DNA of 64,000 nt from a gamma proteobacterium symbiont of Taylorina sp. (GTDB lineage: Bacteria > Pseudomonadota > Gammaproteobacteria > GRL18): positions 20,045 to 84,044 of the forward strand of contig JAHXIV010000006.1 in NCBI GenBank assembly GCA_025655455.1, written 5' to 3'. A model generated the notes under the pieces. The model made no database searches. It was given only the letters and a program-made list of their open reading frames with translations, and was not told the origin of the DNA. How positions within the stretch are numbered: position 1 is the first letter of the stretch; every line of letters starts with the position of its first letter. The position numbers and the translations under genes were made by a program. Positions 51,207 through 61,622 of the stretch are shown piece after piece.

Positions 51207-52370
51207 ATGTCAATAGAAAAAATGACCATAGGCAGTGCACCCAGGGCAAAAAAGTCAGTGGCATTATCAGGAGTCACGGCGGGAAATACGGCGCTTTGTT
51301 CAGTCGGCCGTAAAGGAAACGATTTGCATTATCGAGGTTATAATATTCTTGATTTTGCAGATAAGGTTAATTTTGAAGAGGTTGCCTATCTGCTAATACA
51401 TGAAAAATGGCCCAATAGGGCAGAACTCACTGCCTATCAACAGAAACTGAAAAGCCTCAGAAATATTCCTGATGCGCTTAAACGGGTTTTAGAGCAGATC
51501 CCCGTCAGTGCTCATCCCATGGATGTGATGCGTACCGGTTGTTCAATGCTGGGTACTCTGGAAACAGAGGCAGATGATCATGACATAGAGACTGCCAGGA
51601 CAATAGGTGACAGGATGATAGCCTGTTTTGGATCAATTCTGATTTACTGGTGGCACTATGCTCAAAATGGCAAACGGATTGAAGTGGAGACTGATGATGA
51701 TACGATTGGCGGTCATTTTTTACATCTCCTGCATGGTCAGATGCCCACTGAATCACAGATACGTGCCATGCATACTTCACTTAATTTATATGCTGAACAT
51801 GAGTTTAATGCTTCGACCTTTACTGCAAGAGTGGTGGCTGGCACAGAATCAGATATGCACTCAGCGATTGCCGGTGCGATTGGTGCATTACGTGGTCCCA
51901 AGCATGGTGGTGCTAATGAAGCAGCCTGTATGATCCAACAGCGTTATCAAAATGCAGATGAAGCAGAAAACGATATCCGTGAACGGGTTGCCGCAAAAGA
52001 GATCATAATTGGTTTTGGTCATCCGGTTTATACCGTTGGTGATCCGCGTAATGAGATGATTAAAAAAGTGGCAAAATCATTGTCAGAAGAGCAGTCTGAT
52101 ATGCTGATGTATAACGTGGCTGACCGCTTAGAAAGTGTCATGTGGGATTTGAAAAAAATGTTCCCTAATCTGGATTGGTTTTCAGCAGTTTCTTATCATA
52201 TGCTGGATATACCGACTTCCTTATTTACCCCAATTTTTATTGTTTCAAGAACAACAGGATGGGTTGCACATGTGATTGAACAGCGCATTGATAAAAAGAT
52301 TATCAGACCCAATGCCAATTATACCGGTCCGGAAAATCAGCCGTGGCAGCCGCTGGATGAACGAGATTAA
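51207..52370 (+). CDS. prpC: 2-methylcitrate synthase
   Basis: [32 protein letters not shown]. Confidence 0.95.
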   Translation: MSIEKMTIGSAPRAKKSVALSGVTAGNTALCSVGRKGNDLHYRGYNILDFADKVNFEEVAYLLIHEKWPNRAELTAYQQKLKSLRNIPDALKRVLEQIPVSAHPMDVMRTGCSMLGTLETEADDHDIETARTIGDRMIACFGSILIYWWHYAQNGKRIEVETDDDTIGGHFLHLLHGQMPTESQIRAMHTSLNLYAEHEFNASTFTARVVAGTESDMHSAIAGAIGALRGPKHGGANEAACMIQQRYQNADEAENDIRERVAAKEIIIGFGHPVYTVGDPRNEMIKKVAKSLSEEQSDMLMYNVADRLESVMWDLKKMFPNLDWFSAVSYHMLDIPTSLFTPIFIVSRTTGWVAHVIEQRIDKKIIRPNANYTGPENQPWQPLDERD

Positions 52371-52400
52371 TTCATAGAAAAATACCAGGTAATTATTATA

Positions 52401-53849
52401 ATGAGTTCAATTAATGTAGAAAATAATATCCGCCCGGAAGCTGATCAGGAGTTGCTTGATATTGCTGATTATGTCTGCGATTACCAGGTGACCTCGGCTG
52501 ATGCACTGGATACGGCACGTAACAACTTAATGGATAGTCTTGCCTGCATGTTGATGGCATTGGAATATCCTGAAGCGGCAAAACATCTGGGGCCAATTGT
52601 AGCTGGAACCGTTGTGCCTAATGGTGCCCGGGTGCCTGGTACGCATTTTCAACTGGATCCGGTTAAAGCAGCATGGGATATAGGGGCACTGGTGCGCTGG
52701 CTCGATTTTAATGATACCTGGCTGGCTGCTGAATGGGGGCATCCATCTGATAACTGGGGTGCAGTACTGGGACTGGGTGATTACCTGAGTCGTAAAGCCG
52801 TTGCAGAAGGTAAAGCGCCCATGACGATGGAACAACTACTGCATTTCATGGTGAAAGCACATGAAGTTCAGGGTGTTCTGGCTCTGGAAAACAGCTATAA
52901 CCGTGTTGGACTGGATCACGTTGTGTTAGTTAAAGTTGCTTCTGCTGCAGTGGCTGCGGTGATGTTGGGCTTAGATAAAGAACAGGTTATTGATGTACTT
53001 TCACATGCCTGGGTTGACGGGCAATCACTACGTACCTATCGCCATACACCTAATACCGGTTCACGTAAGTCGTGGGCAGCAGGGGATGCATCAAGCAGAG
53101 CAGTACGTCTGGCAATGATGGTGGCAAGAGGTGAAATGGGGATGCCCAGCGTGCTCACTGCTCCGCAATGGGGGTTTTATGATGTATTGTTTAAGGGTAA
53201 AAAATTTAAGTTTCAACGTCCATATGGTAGTTATGTGATGGAACAGGTATTATTCAAAATTTCATTCCCGGCAGAATTTCATGCTCAGACAGCGGTGGAA
53301 TGTGCCCTGATACTTTATCCGCAAGTCACTGAACGAATAAATGAGATAGAGCATATTGAATTAACCACCCAGGATTCAGCAATAAGAATTATCTCTAAAC
53401 AAGGCTCCTTGCATAATCCTGCTGACCGGGATCATTGTCTGCAATATATGGTGGCTATTGGCTTACTCTATGGAGAATTAACAGCAGATTATTATGAGGA
53501 CAATATCGCACAAAACCCACAAATTGATCAGTTGCGTCAATTGATGAAAGTGCAGGAGGATTCACGTTATTCAGAGGAATATTATGATCCGGAAAAACGT
53601 TCTATTGCGAATGCTGTTCAGGTCTTTTTCAAAGATGGCAGCAGCACTGACAAAGTGGAAGTGGAATATCCAATTGGTCATCGTCGTCGCCGTGCAGAAG
53701 GGATTCCGGTACTGGAAAAGAAATTTTATAATGCTCTGCATAAGCGCTTTCCTCATCGTCAGGCAAAAACGATCTATGATCTCTGTTTAGATTCTGAGCG
53801 TCTGAATAGGACAGCGGTAAATGAATTTATGGATTTATTAGTGATTTAA
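52401..53849 (+). CDS. prpD: 2-methylcitrate dehydratase
   Basis: WLAAEWGHPSDN, KISFPAEFHAQTA, EYPIGHRRRR. Confidence 0.96.
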   Translation: MSSINVENNIRPEADQELLDIADYVCDYQVTSADALDTARNNLMDSLACMLMALEYPEAAKHLGPIVAGTVVPNGARVPGTHFQLDPVKAAWDIGALVRWLDFNDTWLAAEWGHPSDNWGAVLGLGDYLSRKAVAEGKAPMTMEQLLHFMVKAHEVQGVLALENSYNRVGLDHVVLVKVASAAVAAVMLGLDKEQVIDVLSHAWVDGQSLRTYRHTPNTGSRKSWAAGDASSRAVRLAMMVARGEMGMPSVLTAPQWGFYDVLFKGKKFKFQRPYGSYVMEQVLFKISFPAEFHAQTAVECALILYPQVTERINEIEHIELTTQDSAIRIISKQGSLHNPADRDHCLQYMVAIGLLYGELTADYYEDNIAQNPQIDQLRQLMKVQEDSRYSEEYYDPEKRSIANAVQVFFKDGSSTDKVEVEYPIGHRRRRAEGIPVLEKKFYNALHKRFPHRQAKTIYDLCLDSERLNRTAVNEFMDLLVI

Positions 53850-53875
53850 AATACCTACTGGACAGGCTATTAAAT

Positions 53876-54826
53876 ATGCTGATACTGGATTATAAAGAAT
53901 TTGATTATGGAATTACCTGTATCGACTCCTGCTATCAAAGAGCCGGGCTGGCATGTTGTTATCTGCTGAAAGCTGATGGTCAATTTGCTCTGATTGATAC
54001 AGGTACTGCACGTACTGCCCCTATGATTATGAAGCTGTTAGAAAAGCGATCTATTGCTAAAGAACAGGTGAAATATATTATTCCGACTCATGTTCACCTG
54101 GATCATGCCGGTGGAGCAGGGCAGTTAATGGCTCAATTACCAGAGGCTGAATTAGTCATTCATCCCTATGGTGCCAGACATATGATTGATCCGGCTAAAC
54201 TTCAGGCTGGTGCAGCAGCTGTCTATGGTGAGGCGGCATTTAATCAACATTTTGATACTCTTCTGGCAATTCCTGCTGCACGAGTGATTGAAATGGAAGA
54301 TGGTATGCAGCTCAATCTCAATGGTCGTGTATTATCTCTTGTTGACACACCGGGACATGCCCGTCACCACCTGACAGTATGGGATGAGCAATCCCGGGGG
54401 TTGTTTACAGGTGATGTGTTTGGTAATGGTTATCCTGAGATGCATACTGATAAAGGCCGGTATTTAATGCCTGTCACCAGCCCGGTACAATTCGATCCCC
54501 CGGTATGGCACCAGAGTATTGACAAGTTATTATCCTTTAATCCTGAACGAGTCTTTTTAACTCACTATGGTTTATTAGAAAATCCTCAGCAGCAAGCAAA
54601 ACAACTGCATCGGGATCTGGATGCCTATGTTAATATTGCTCTGGCTCTTGGCTCTGAAAATCGTTATGAAAAATTACTTGAGCAGATAAGCCGTTATCAC
54701 ATGGAAAATATACAGAGACATGGATGCAATATGACGGCACAGGAAATTAAGCGATTAATATTTTCAGATATTGAACTTTGTGCTCAGGGTTTAGAAATTT
54801 GGCTGCAGCGGCAGGAACAGGACTAA
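53876..54826 (+). CDS. MBL-fold metallo-hydrolase
   Basis: THVHLDHAGG, TPGHARHH, GDVFG. Confidence 0.9.
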   Translation: MLILDYKEFDYGITCIDSCYQRAGLACCYLLKADGQFALIDTGTARTAPMIMKLLEKRSIAKEQVKYIIPTHVHLDHAGGAGQLMAQLPEAELVIHPYGARHMIDPAKLQAGAAAVYGEAAFNQHFDTLLAIPAARVIEMEDGMQLNLNGRVLSLVDTPGHARHHLTVWDEQSRGLFTGDVFGNGYPEMHTDKGRYLMPVTSPVQFDPPVWHQSIDKLLSFNPERVFLTHYGLLENPQQQAKQLHRDLDAYVNIALALGSENRYEKLLEQISRYHMENIQRHGCNMTAQEIKRLIFSDIELCAQGLEIWLQRQEQD

Positions 54827-54990
54827 ATTTAAAAAAGTAGAAATATATAACGGTATCAGCTGGATTATCTTTCAATAATATGACCTGTATCATTGAAAAA
54901 ATTATCTCATAATTATAGTATGAAGTTATCTTTTTTATCATATATTACACACAATTCATAATTCTTTTCTTTCCTGATCAAGGGGTTGTC

Positions 54991-56379
54991 ATGAAACAAA
55001 TAACTACTATTTTTCTTGTCATGATAATAAGTACTTCATTAAGCTTTGCATATGATTTTTCTTATATTATTAATAATCCTTCTGCCGCTACAGCAGATGA
55101 TTATATTGTCAGCACCAGCAATGCAGTGATAAAAAGTGAAACAGATGCCATCTACTGGAAACAGGATATTGGTGCAGAAACCATGGATGGGGCTGAGCCT
55201 GGAACCATAATTTATCATTTTAATTTTGATAAACCAGTTTCTGAAGCTAAACTTTTTATCCGCACTAGTACTTTCCATTGGGATTACAGCCAGGGGCATA
55301 GCTATATTTATGCATCAACGGATGGTAGCAACTGGATAAAACTCGTAGAAGCGTTGCCTCCTGAATTTGCAGGTGCTAATACCCAGTCCTATAATGATTT
55401 TTTACCAGCAAGCTTTTCAGGCAGTAAAGATATCTGGCTCAAGGTGGAACTAAATTCCTATGGCTCAAATGCAGCCAACGGTAGTGTTTGGACAAATACT
55501 GCTCAGCACTCAAGATATAGTGCTAGCATCGATAATAAAACCTTTCAACTGGATGTTGATTATCTGCTTACGGCTGAAGTGCAAAGCACAACAGGTACTT
55601 CCTTTTCAATAACCCCTATCGATGCAGATACACTCACTACTTCCGGTACTATCCCGGATGTTGGTGCATTACTCACACTGGAGAACTCCAGCACAACCAT
55701 TCAGAGAGATGACGGTAGTATCCTTGAAGTTAAACAGAAAGCAGTGGTTAGTCTTAATCCGGAAAGTATCAATATTCTGCGTGGTGAAGTCACAGTTGCA
55801 GTTAGTTGTAATTATGAAGTCCAGACACCTCTTGCCAATATAACCTCATGTCCTGCAATACAAAGAGGAGCTGAGTCTGCAAAATTTACGACCAGCTATT
55901 CCCAGAATGGTTTGAATGGTAGCTTAAAAGTCACTGTTATTTCCGGCACTGTTGATATTATAGATAGGAATGGAGCTACTTTTACTATAGCTGCGGGAAA
56001 TAACAAGACTATTCAGAGTATAGTGCCTCGTACCTCGTGGGTATTACCTATTGATAATGATAAACTTTATGGTGGTTATGACAATTTGTTTATCTGGACT
56101 GAGTATCCAGATGCTGATAGTTACCTACTGGAATTTAATTTTCCAGAACCTGTATTTTTTGAAGAAAATCCCGGCAGTGCTGAATTTCAACAGCAAACAG
56201 CAGTTCTGACTTCTGATTTTTATATTGAGTATGATGGTTTACTTATTTTTATTCTGCCACTACCAAAAGGCTTTGACGGCATTGTTTTAGAAGTACGTCT
56301 CTTTGCTTTAGACAAGCAAGGAAATATCATTGCTGACAGTGTTGCCAGTGATAGAAGTACAATTACAGTGAAAGACTAG
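54991..56379 (+). CDS. Secreted protein: signal peptide, beta-sandwich passenger domain, FecR-like domain and C-terminal domain
   Basis: Signal peptide ending LSFA; 55573-56379 is homologous to 2518-3339. Confidence 0.7.
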   Translation: MKQITTIFLVMIISTSLSFAYDFSYIINNPSAATADDYIVSTSNAVIKSETDAIYWKQDIGAETMDGAEPGTIIYHFNFDKPVSEAKLFIRTSTFHWDYSQGHSYIYASTDGSNWIKLVEALPPEFAGANTQSYNDFLPASFSGSKDIWLKVELNSYGSNAANGSVWTNTAQHSRYSASIDNKTFQLDVDYLLTAEVQSTTGTSFSITPIDADTLTTSGTIPDVGALLTLENSSTTIQRDDGSILEVKQKAVVSLNPESINILRGEVTVAVSCNYEVQTPLANITSCPAIQRGAESAKFTTSYSQNGLNGSLKVTVISGTVDIIDRNGATFTIAAGNNKTIQSIVPRTSWVLPIDNDKLYGGYDNLFIWTEYPDADSYLLEFNFPEPVFFEENPGSAEFQQQTAVLTSDFYIEYDGLLIFILPLPKGFDGIVLEVRLFALDKQGNIIADSVASDRSTITVKD

Positions 56380-56417
56380 AAGCATTGAAATGATAGTCTT
56401 AATTTTTAGTCTCTAAG

Positions 56418-56443
56418 TAACCCGGCTTGTCTGGGTCGGGTTA
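56418..56443 (+). terminator. Hairpin downstream of the secreted paralog
   Basis: taacccggc-N8-gtcgggtta. Confidence 0.5.
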
Positions 56444-56563
56444 TCCTTTCTAAATTTTCTAATATCCAGGGTCTCTCATCGGAATACAAAATAATATCAC
56501 TTGAAAACTGTGCTTAAATCTCATATTCTAATGTAAATTTTTAACATATAAGCTATAGAAAAC

Positions 56564-57037
56564 ATGAAACGAATAACCTATAAGGATTTGGTGGCAGAAA
56601 TTGCTCCCCGGATTAAAGAGTACTTCCCTTGGGATATTGAAGAAAAAATGGATACGGATGGTGATATTTTATTCCTTGATGTACGTGAAAATCAGGAATA
56701 CGATACCATGCACATCGAGGATTCACTGCATGTACCACGTGGTATTCTGGAAACCGCTGTGGAATGGGATCATGAGGAAACCGAGCCGGAACTGGTCGAG
56801 GCACGTAATAGGCAGATTGTGGTTGTGTGCCGTTCCGGGAGTCGCAGTATTTTTGCAGCCTATACCCTGATGCAAATGGGATATAATAGTGTCTCCTCGC
56901 TGAAGACGGGATTACGCGGTTGGAATGAGTATGATCTGCCATTGGTTGATATGGAAGGAAAACCGGTTGAGCCGGAACTTGGTGATAAATATTTTGCCAA
57001 TAAACTGCTTGATTATCAGCGTAAGCCTGCCAACTGA
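56564..57037 (+). CDS. Rhodanese-like protein
   Basis: LDVRE, VPRGILE, CRSGSRS active-site loop. Confidence 0.9.
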   Translation: MKRITYKDLVAEIAPRIKEYFPWDIEEKMDTDGDILFLDVRENQEYDTMHIEDSLHVPRGILETAVEWDHEETEPELVEARNRQIVVVCRSGSRSIFAAYTLMQMGYNSVSSLKTGLRGWNEYDLPLVDMEGKPVEPELGDKYFANKLLDYQRKPAN

Positions 57038-57097
57038 TTCAGGATAATACACATATCCTTACCCAATGTTGTCAAATTATTTACTTTGCAAACATTT

Positions 57098-57766
57098 TTA
57101 AGTACTAAAAAATGTAACAAATTCACTAATACCGGCTCTTTGAGTTCGGTAGCTATTGACTGCTGCATCCACATCTTCATAGCCTAATGCCATACCACAA
57201 ATCATCTGGCTGTCTGACGGTAGATTTAAAACATCTTTTACAATCTCAGGATATTCGACTAATGCCGCCTGAGGACAGGTAGCGAGTCCTTGTTCAGTGG
57301 CGGCCAGCATGATGCTTTGTAAAAACATGCCGTAATCAAGATAGGAACCCGTTTGCAGTTCCGCGTCCATATAAAATAACAGCATCACAGGTGCATCGAA
57401 TGCCCGGTAGTTGGCTGCCCATTGTTCAATTTGCTTTGTTTTGTCTTCACGGGCAATTTCCAGTGCGGAATACATTTGCATGCCGCATTCTCTACGACGG
57501 CTTTTATAGGGTTCTGACCAACTTAACGGATAATACTGATAATCCATTTTTTTCTCTTGTCTTGCCGCAAAAGCTTCGAGCAGTTTATCCTGTAATAATT
57601 GTTTTTTACTACCACTTAAAACAGCAACCTGCCATGGCTGAGTATTGACACCGGAAGGGGCATGACTGGCGGAAGTTAAAACCTGTTCAAGCAGCTCTTG
57701 TTTAACTGTTTTATTTGTAAAGGCTCTGACTGATTTACGTTTTTCTAAAGCTTCTGATACATTCAT
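57098..57766 (-). CDS. Nitroreductase-family protein
   Basis: RKSVRAF, APSGVNTQPW, GLATCPQ. Confidence 0.9.
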   Translation of the reverse strand: MNVSEALEKRKSVRAFTNKTVKQELLEQVLTSASHAPSGVNTQPWQVAVLSGSKKQLLQDKLLEAFAARQEKKMDYQYYPLSWSEPYKSRRRECGMQMYSALEIAREDKTKQIEQWAANYRAFDAPVMLLFYMDAELQTGSYLDYGMFLQSIMLAATEQGLATCPQAALVEYPEIVKDVLNLPSDSQMICGMALGYEDVDAAVNSYRTQRAGISEFVTFFST

Positions 57767-57805
57767 ATTTTTTCTTCCTGTAAAAGCAGAATATCAATAG
57801 TCTGC

Positions 57806-58285
57806 TTATTTTTTTCCCAAGTGTCCAAGCGGCAGCAGAGTCCGGTCAATAACTTTTCGCATAATAAAGCTGGATTGTACGGCACTCACCCCTTCGATAC
57901 AGGTCAAACGACCCAGTAAAAATTCCTGATAAAATTCCATGTCAGGGACAATGACTTTTAATAAATAGTCAGCTGTCTGACCGGTGATCATATAACATTC
58001 TAATACTTCAGCATACTCTTTTACTGTTTTTTCAAAATTATCAAAACGTTCAGGAGTATGTTTATCCATACTGATTTGAATGAGCGCCATAAGCTTTAAA
58101 TTGATTTTCTGCTGGTTCAGGCGGGTGACATATTCATTGATAAAACCTGATTCTTCTAATTGTTTCACTCTTCTCAAACAGGGCGAAGGCGAAAGTCCCA
58201 CTTTCTCAGAAAGCTCCAGATTGGTGATGCGGGCATTCTTTTGCATCTCGTTTAAAATATTCAGATCGATTTTAGTTAATTTCAT
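57806..58285 (-). CDS. Lrp/AsnC-family regulator
   Basis: VGLSPSPCLRRVK, ECYMITGQTADYL. Confidence 0.93.
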   Translation of the reverse strand: MKLTKIDLNILNEMQKNARITNLELSEKVGLSPSPCLRRVKQLEESGFINEYVTRLNQQKINLKLMALIQISMDKHTPERFDNFEKTVKEYAEVLECYMITGQTADYLLKVIVPDMEFYQEFLLGRLTCIEGVSAVQSSFIMRKVIDRTLLPLGHLGKK

Positions 58286-58458
58286 AATATTATATTGTTA
58301 GTTTGTTTAAACTTGGCATAATATATCATTATTTGTAGTATAGTTAAAATTATAATTTAATTTTATAGGAAATTTTATGATATTAACAATTTAATTTCAG
58401 GTGCTTTTGTATATACTGGTGAGAACTTTAAAAGCGAATGACAGGGAGTTAAATTATT

Positions 58459-60135
58459 ATGAATCCTACTCAAAAAAAATTTAATCATCAAAAATACCAG
58501 GCTTTTCCTACTATCAGGATGGATAAGAGACAATGGCCGGATAATATTATGAGACACGCTCCTCAATGGTGTAGTGTTGATTTAAGAGATGGTAATCAGG
58601 CGCTTGTCAACCCATTATCTGTACAACAAAAATTAAAATTGTTCAAAATTTTAGTGGCTATCGGTTTCAAAGAAATTGAAGTGGGTTTTCCATCCGCTTC
58701 TCAAGATGATTTTGTGTTTGTGCAAACTTTAATTAATGATAATTATATCCCGGATGATGTGACTATTGCTGTTTTGACTCCAGCAAGAGAAGATTTTATT
58801 AAACGTACATTTAAGGCATTAACTGGCGCAAAAAAAGCACTTGTTCATCTTTATAATTCCACCTCAAAGGTTCAGCGTGAAAAGGTCTTTAATATGGATA
58901 AAAGCGGTATTACACAAATTGCGGTTCGCGGAGCAAAATTAATGCAGAAATGTGCCAATGCACAAACGGAAACTCAATGGCAATTTCAATATTCTCCGGA
59001 AAGTTTCAGTGGCACAGAATTAAACTATGCGGTTGAAATTTGTAATGCAGTTATCGATGTCTGGCAGCCAGATAGCGAAAATCCAGCCATCTTGAATTTA
59101 CCGTCGACAGTTGAAATGTCAATGCCGAATATTTATGCTGATCAGATTGAGTGGTTTTGTCATCATATTAACAAACGCGATAGTATTATCATCAGTGTAC
59201 ATACTCATAACGATCGGGGATGTGCTGTCGCTGCAGCTGAAATGGCTGTTTTGGCCGGTGCAGAACGGGTAGAAGGTACATTATTGGGTAATGGTGAACG
59301 AACAGGCAATATGGATATCATAACCATGGCGATGAATTGTTATAGTCAGGGAATTGATCCGCAACTGGATTTATCAGATATACGTACACATAGTGAAAAT
59401 ACAAGTTGTTTGATTGATATTCCCATACATCCCCGTCATCCTTATATCGGTGATTTGGTCTATAGTGCATTTTCGGGTAGTCATCAGGATGCGATCAGTA
59501 AATGCCTTAAAAGCTATAAAACAGGAGATAAGTGGGATGTTGCTTATTTGCCGATTGATCCTGCTGACTTGGGACATTCTTATCAGGCCGTTATCCGGAT
59601 TAATAGTCAGTCAGGCAAGGGTGGTATTGCTTATATTATTGAACAGGCTCTTGCCACTCAAATACCCCGATGGTTACAACTGGAATTCAGTCAAAAGGTG
59701 CAGCAACAGACTGAACAGTCAGGATCTGAGTTGCCGGCAGTTGAACTGGTTGATTTATTTAAAAAAAACTACCTGATCTCTAAGAATATCTTGCAGATAA
59801 ATAGTTATCAAACAATAGAAGACATATCAATATTTAATATGACGTATTCAGGCAGACAAATGAATATTCAGGCTGGTGGTGTTGGTATTTTAGATGCCTT
59901 TATTTCTGCATTATCTGAATATTTTGGTCTTGCTATTAATATTATTGAATATAATGAGCAGACACTGCAGCCTGATAGTTCTGCCCGGGCAATTGCTTTT
60001 GTGAGCCTGCAACTTGCAGAGAAATATTTTTCCGGCGCAGCGGAAAATGAAGATATTGTATTAGCATCATTAAATGCTATCTTACAGGCCATATCTGAAT
60101 ATTTAACAGACGATGCCATTAAAAAAGTGGTTTAA
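58459..60135 (+). CDS. leuA: 2-isopropylmalate synthase (LeuA type 2)
   Basis: WCSVDLRDGNQAL, HTHNDRG, FSGSHQDAI, RINSQSGKGG. Confidence 0.95.
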   Translation: MNPTQKKFNHQKYQAFPTIRMDKRQWPDNIMRHAPQWCSVDLRDGNQALVNPLSVQQKLKLFKILVAIGFKEIEVGFPSASQDDFVFVQTLINDNYIPDDVTIAVLTPAREDFIKRTFKALTGAKKALVHLYNSTSKVQREKVFNMDKSGITQIAVRGAKLMQKCANAQTETQWQFQYSPESFSGTELNYAVEICNAVIDVWQPDSENPAILNLPSTVEMSMPNIYADQIEWFCHHINKRDSIIISVHTHNDRGCAVAAAEMAVLAGAERVEGTLLGNGERTGNMDIITMAMNCYSQGIDPQLDLSDIRTHSENTSCLIDIPIHPRHPYIGDLVYSAFSGSHQDAISKCLKSYKTGDKWDVAYLPIDPADLGHSYQAVIRINSQSGKGGIAYIIEQALATQIPRWLQLEFSQKVQQQTEQSGSELPAVELVDLFKKNYLISKNILQINSYQTIEDISIFNMTYSGRQMNIQAGGVGILDAFISALSEYFGLAINIIEYNEQTLQPDSSARAIAFVSLQLAEKYFSGAAENEDIVLASLNAILQAISEYLTDDAIKKVV

Positions 60136-60817
60136 GTGACTGCCATATGGCTTCACTTATCGCTGTCTGTGCTTTTTCATTAGGGTGCAGGCCGTCTGTC
60201 TGCATTAAATCAGGATTAACGGCTATGTTTTCCAGTAGAAAGGGCAATAATAGAAGAGAATATTCTCTGGCCAGATTGTGGTATATCCGATTAAATGCCT
60301 GTGTATATTTTTTACCATAATTAGGAGGAATCTTAATCTCCATTAATAACACTTCAACTTGTGCATCAAGACCAGCCTGAATCAGTAATCTTAAATTTTC
60401 TTTTATATGACTGATGGATAGCCCACGTAAGCCATCGTTGGCACCCAGTTCAATAATCATGATTTCAGGTTGATGTTGTTTTAATGCTTTTGAAAGTCGC
60501 TTGAGACCATTGGCTGTGGTATCTCCACTGATGCTGGCATTGATTAACAGGATATTTTTATCCTGTTGAGCAAATTTTTTCTGCAGCAAATCCGTCCAGT
60601 TGCTTCCCTGAGAAATACCGTAACCCGCACTCAGACTATCTCCCAAAATTAAAATTGTCTGTTTAACCGGTATTTCATAGCTGCAGACAAATTGGTACGG
60701 AAAGGTTATTATTAAAGCCATTAGAACGATTTTGTTCAGAAAGGCAATAGCAATCAATCTTTTTTTTTGTCGGTTGATTCGGGATTTTTTTATAAGGTGC
60801 TGAGTATATAGCGTCAT
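60119..60817 (-). CDS. tesA: GDSL/SGNH arylesterase-thioesterase
   Basis: GDSLSAGY, ELGANDGLRG, DGLHP. Confidence 0.9.
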   Translation of the reverse strand: MTLYTQHLIKKSRINRQKKRLIAIAFLNKIVLMALIITFPYQFVCSYEIPVKQTILILGDSLSAGYGISQGSNWTDLLQKKFAQQDKNILLINASISGDTTANGLKRLSKALKQHQPEIMIIELGANDGLRGLSISHIKENLRLLIQAGLDAQVEVLLMEIKIPPNYGKKYTQAFNRIYHNLAREYSLLLLPFLLENIAVNPDLMQTDGLHPNEKAQTAISEAIWQSLKPLF

Positions 60818-60838
60818 TTCATTTCCAGGAGGTTTGCC

Positions 60839-61528
60839 TTGCTAAAGGTTGACAGCTTAACAAAAAATATCACCACACCCAATACCAGACTTGATATTTT
60901 AAATAATATTAATTTTCATCTTAATGCCGGTGAGTCAATGGCGATTACTGGCGCATCAGGTTCTGGAAAATCAACCTTATTATCACTTTTAGCCGGTTTG
61001 GATACACCCAGCTCCGGTCAGATCAGCATTGATGGTCAATTACTGACTGAACTGGATGAAGAGGGTCGGGCATTACTTCGGCAGAATAAAATCGGTTTTA
61101 TTTTTCAGTCCTTTCATTTGATTCCCGCACTGAATGCTCTTGATAATGTGCTGCTGCCATTGGAAATTAAGGGAGAAAAAAATGCACAGGAACAGGCCTT
61201 AATATTATTACAGAGGGTTGGCTTATCAGAGCGTTGTGAACATAAGCCATTGCAATTATCCGGGGGAGAGCAGCAGCGAGTGGCCATTGCCAGAGCTTTT
61301 GCCGGAAAGCCGGAAATTTTATTTGCAGATGAACCAACAGGTAATCTGGATCAGAGCAGTGGTGAAAATATTATTGAACTTTTGTTTCAGTTGAATCGTG
61401 AGCAGGGGACAACTCTGGTGTTAGTCACTCATGATCAATCACTGGCAAAGCTTTGTCAGCGGCACTTTTATCTGGATCATGGCATTCTGATAGAAGTGAC
61501 CTCTTCTCACTTATCTTTTTCTAATTAA
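60839..61528 (+). CDS. ybbA: ABC transporter ATP-binding protein
   Basis: [26 protein letters not shown]; divergent from tesA. Confidence 0.88.
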   Translation: MLKVDSLTKNITTPNTRLDILNNINFHLNAGESMAITGASGSGKSTLLSLLAGLDTPSSGQISIDGQLLTELDEEGRALLRQNKIGFIFQSFHLIPALNALDNVLLPLEIKGEKNAQEQALILLQRVGLSERCEHKPLQLSGGEQQRVAIARAFAGKPEILFADEPTGNLDQSSGENIIELLFQLNREQGTTLVLVTHDQSLAKLCQRHFYLDHGILIEVTSSHLSFSN

Positions 61529-61622
61529 AAGCCATCAGCCTAATGAAATCTTCTACTGTTATTTTGCTAACATACAATTGTTATGGAAATGTTCGATTAC
61601 ATGTTAGATTGGAGTTGGCTGC

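Noticed and set aside
58286-58458. Leucine attenuator upstream of leuA
   Set aside because: No Leu-rich leader with terminator seen; the divergent Lrp explains regulation
59873-59880. E. coli Chi octamer GCTGGTGG
   Set aside because: Only one occurrence noticed, inside leuA; Chi sequences are lineage-specific
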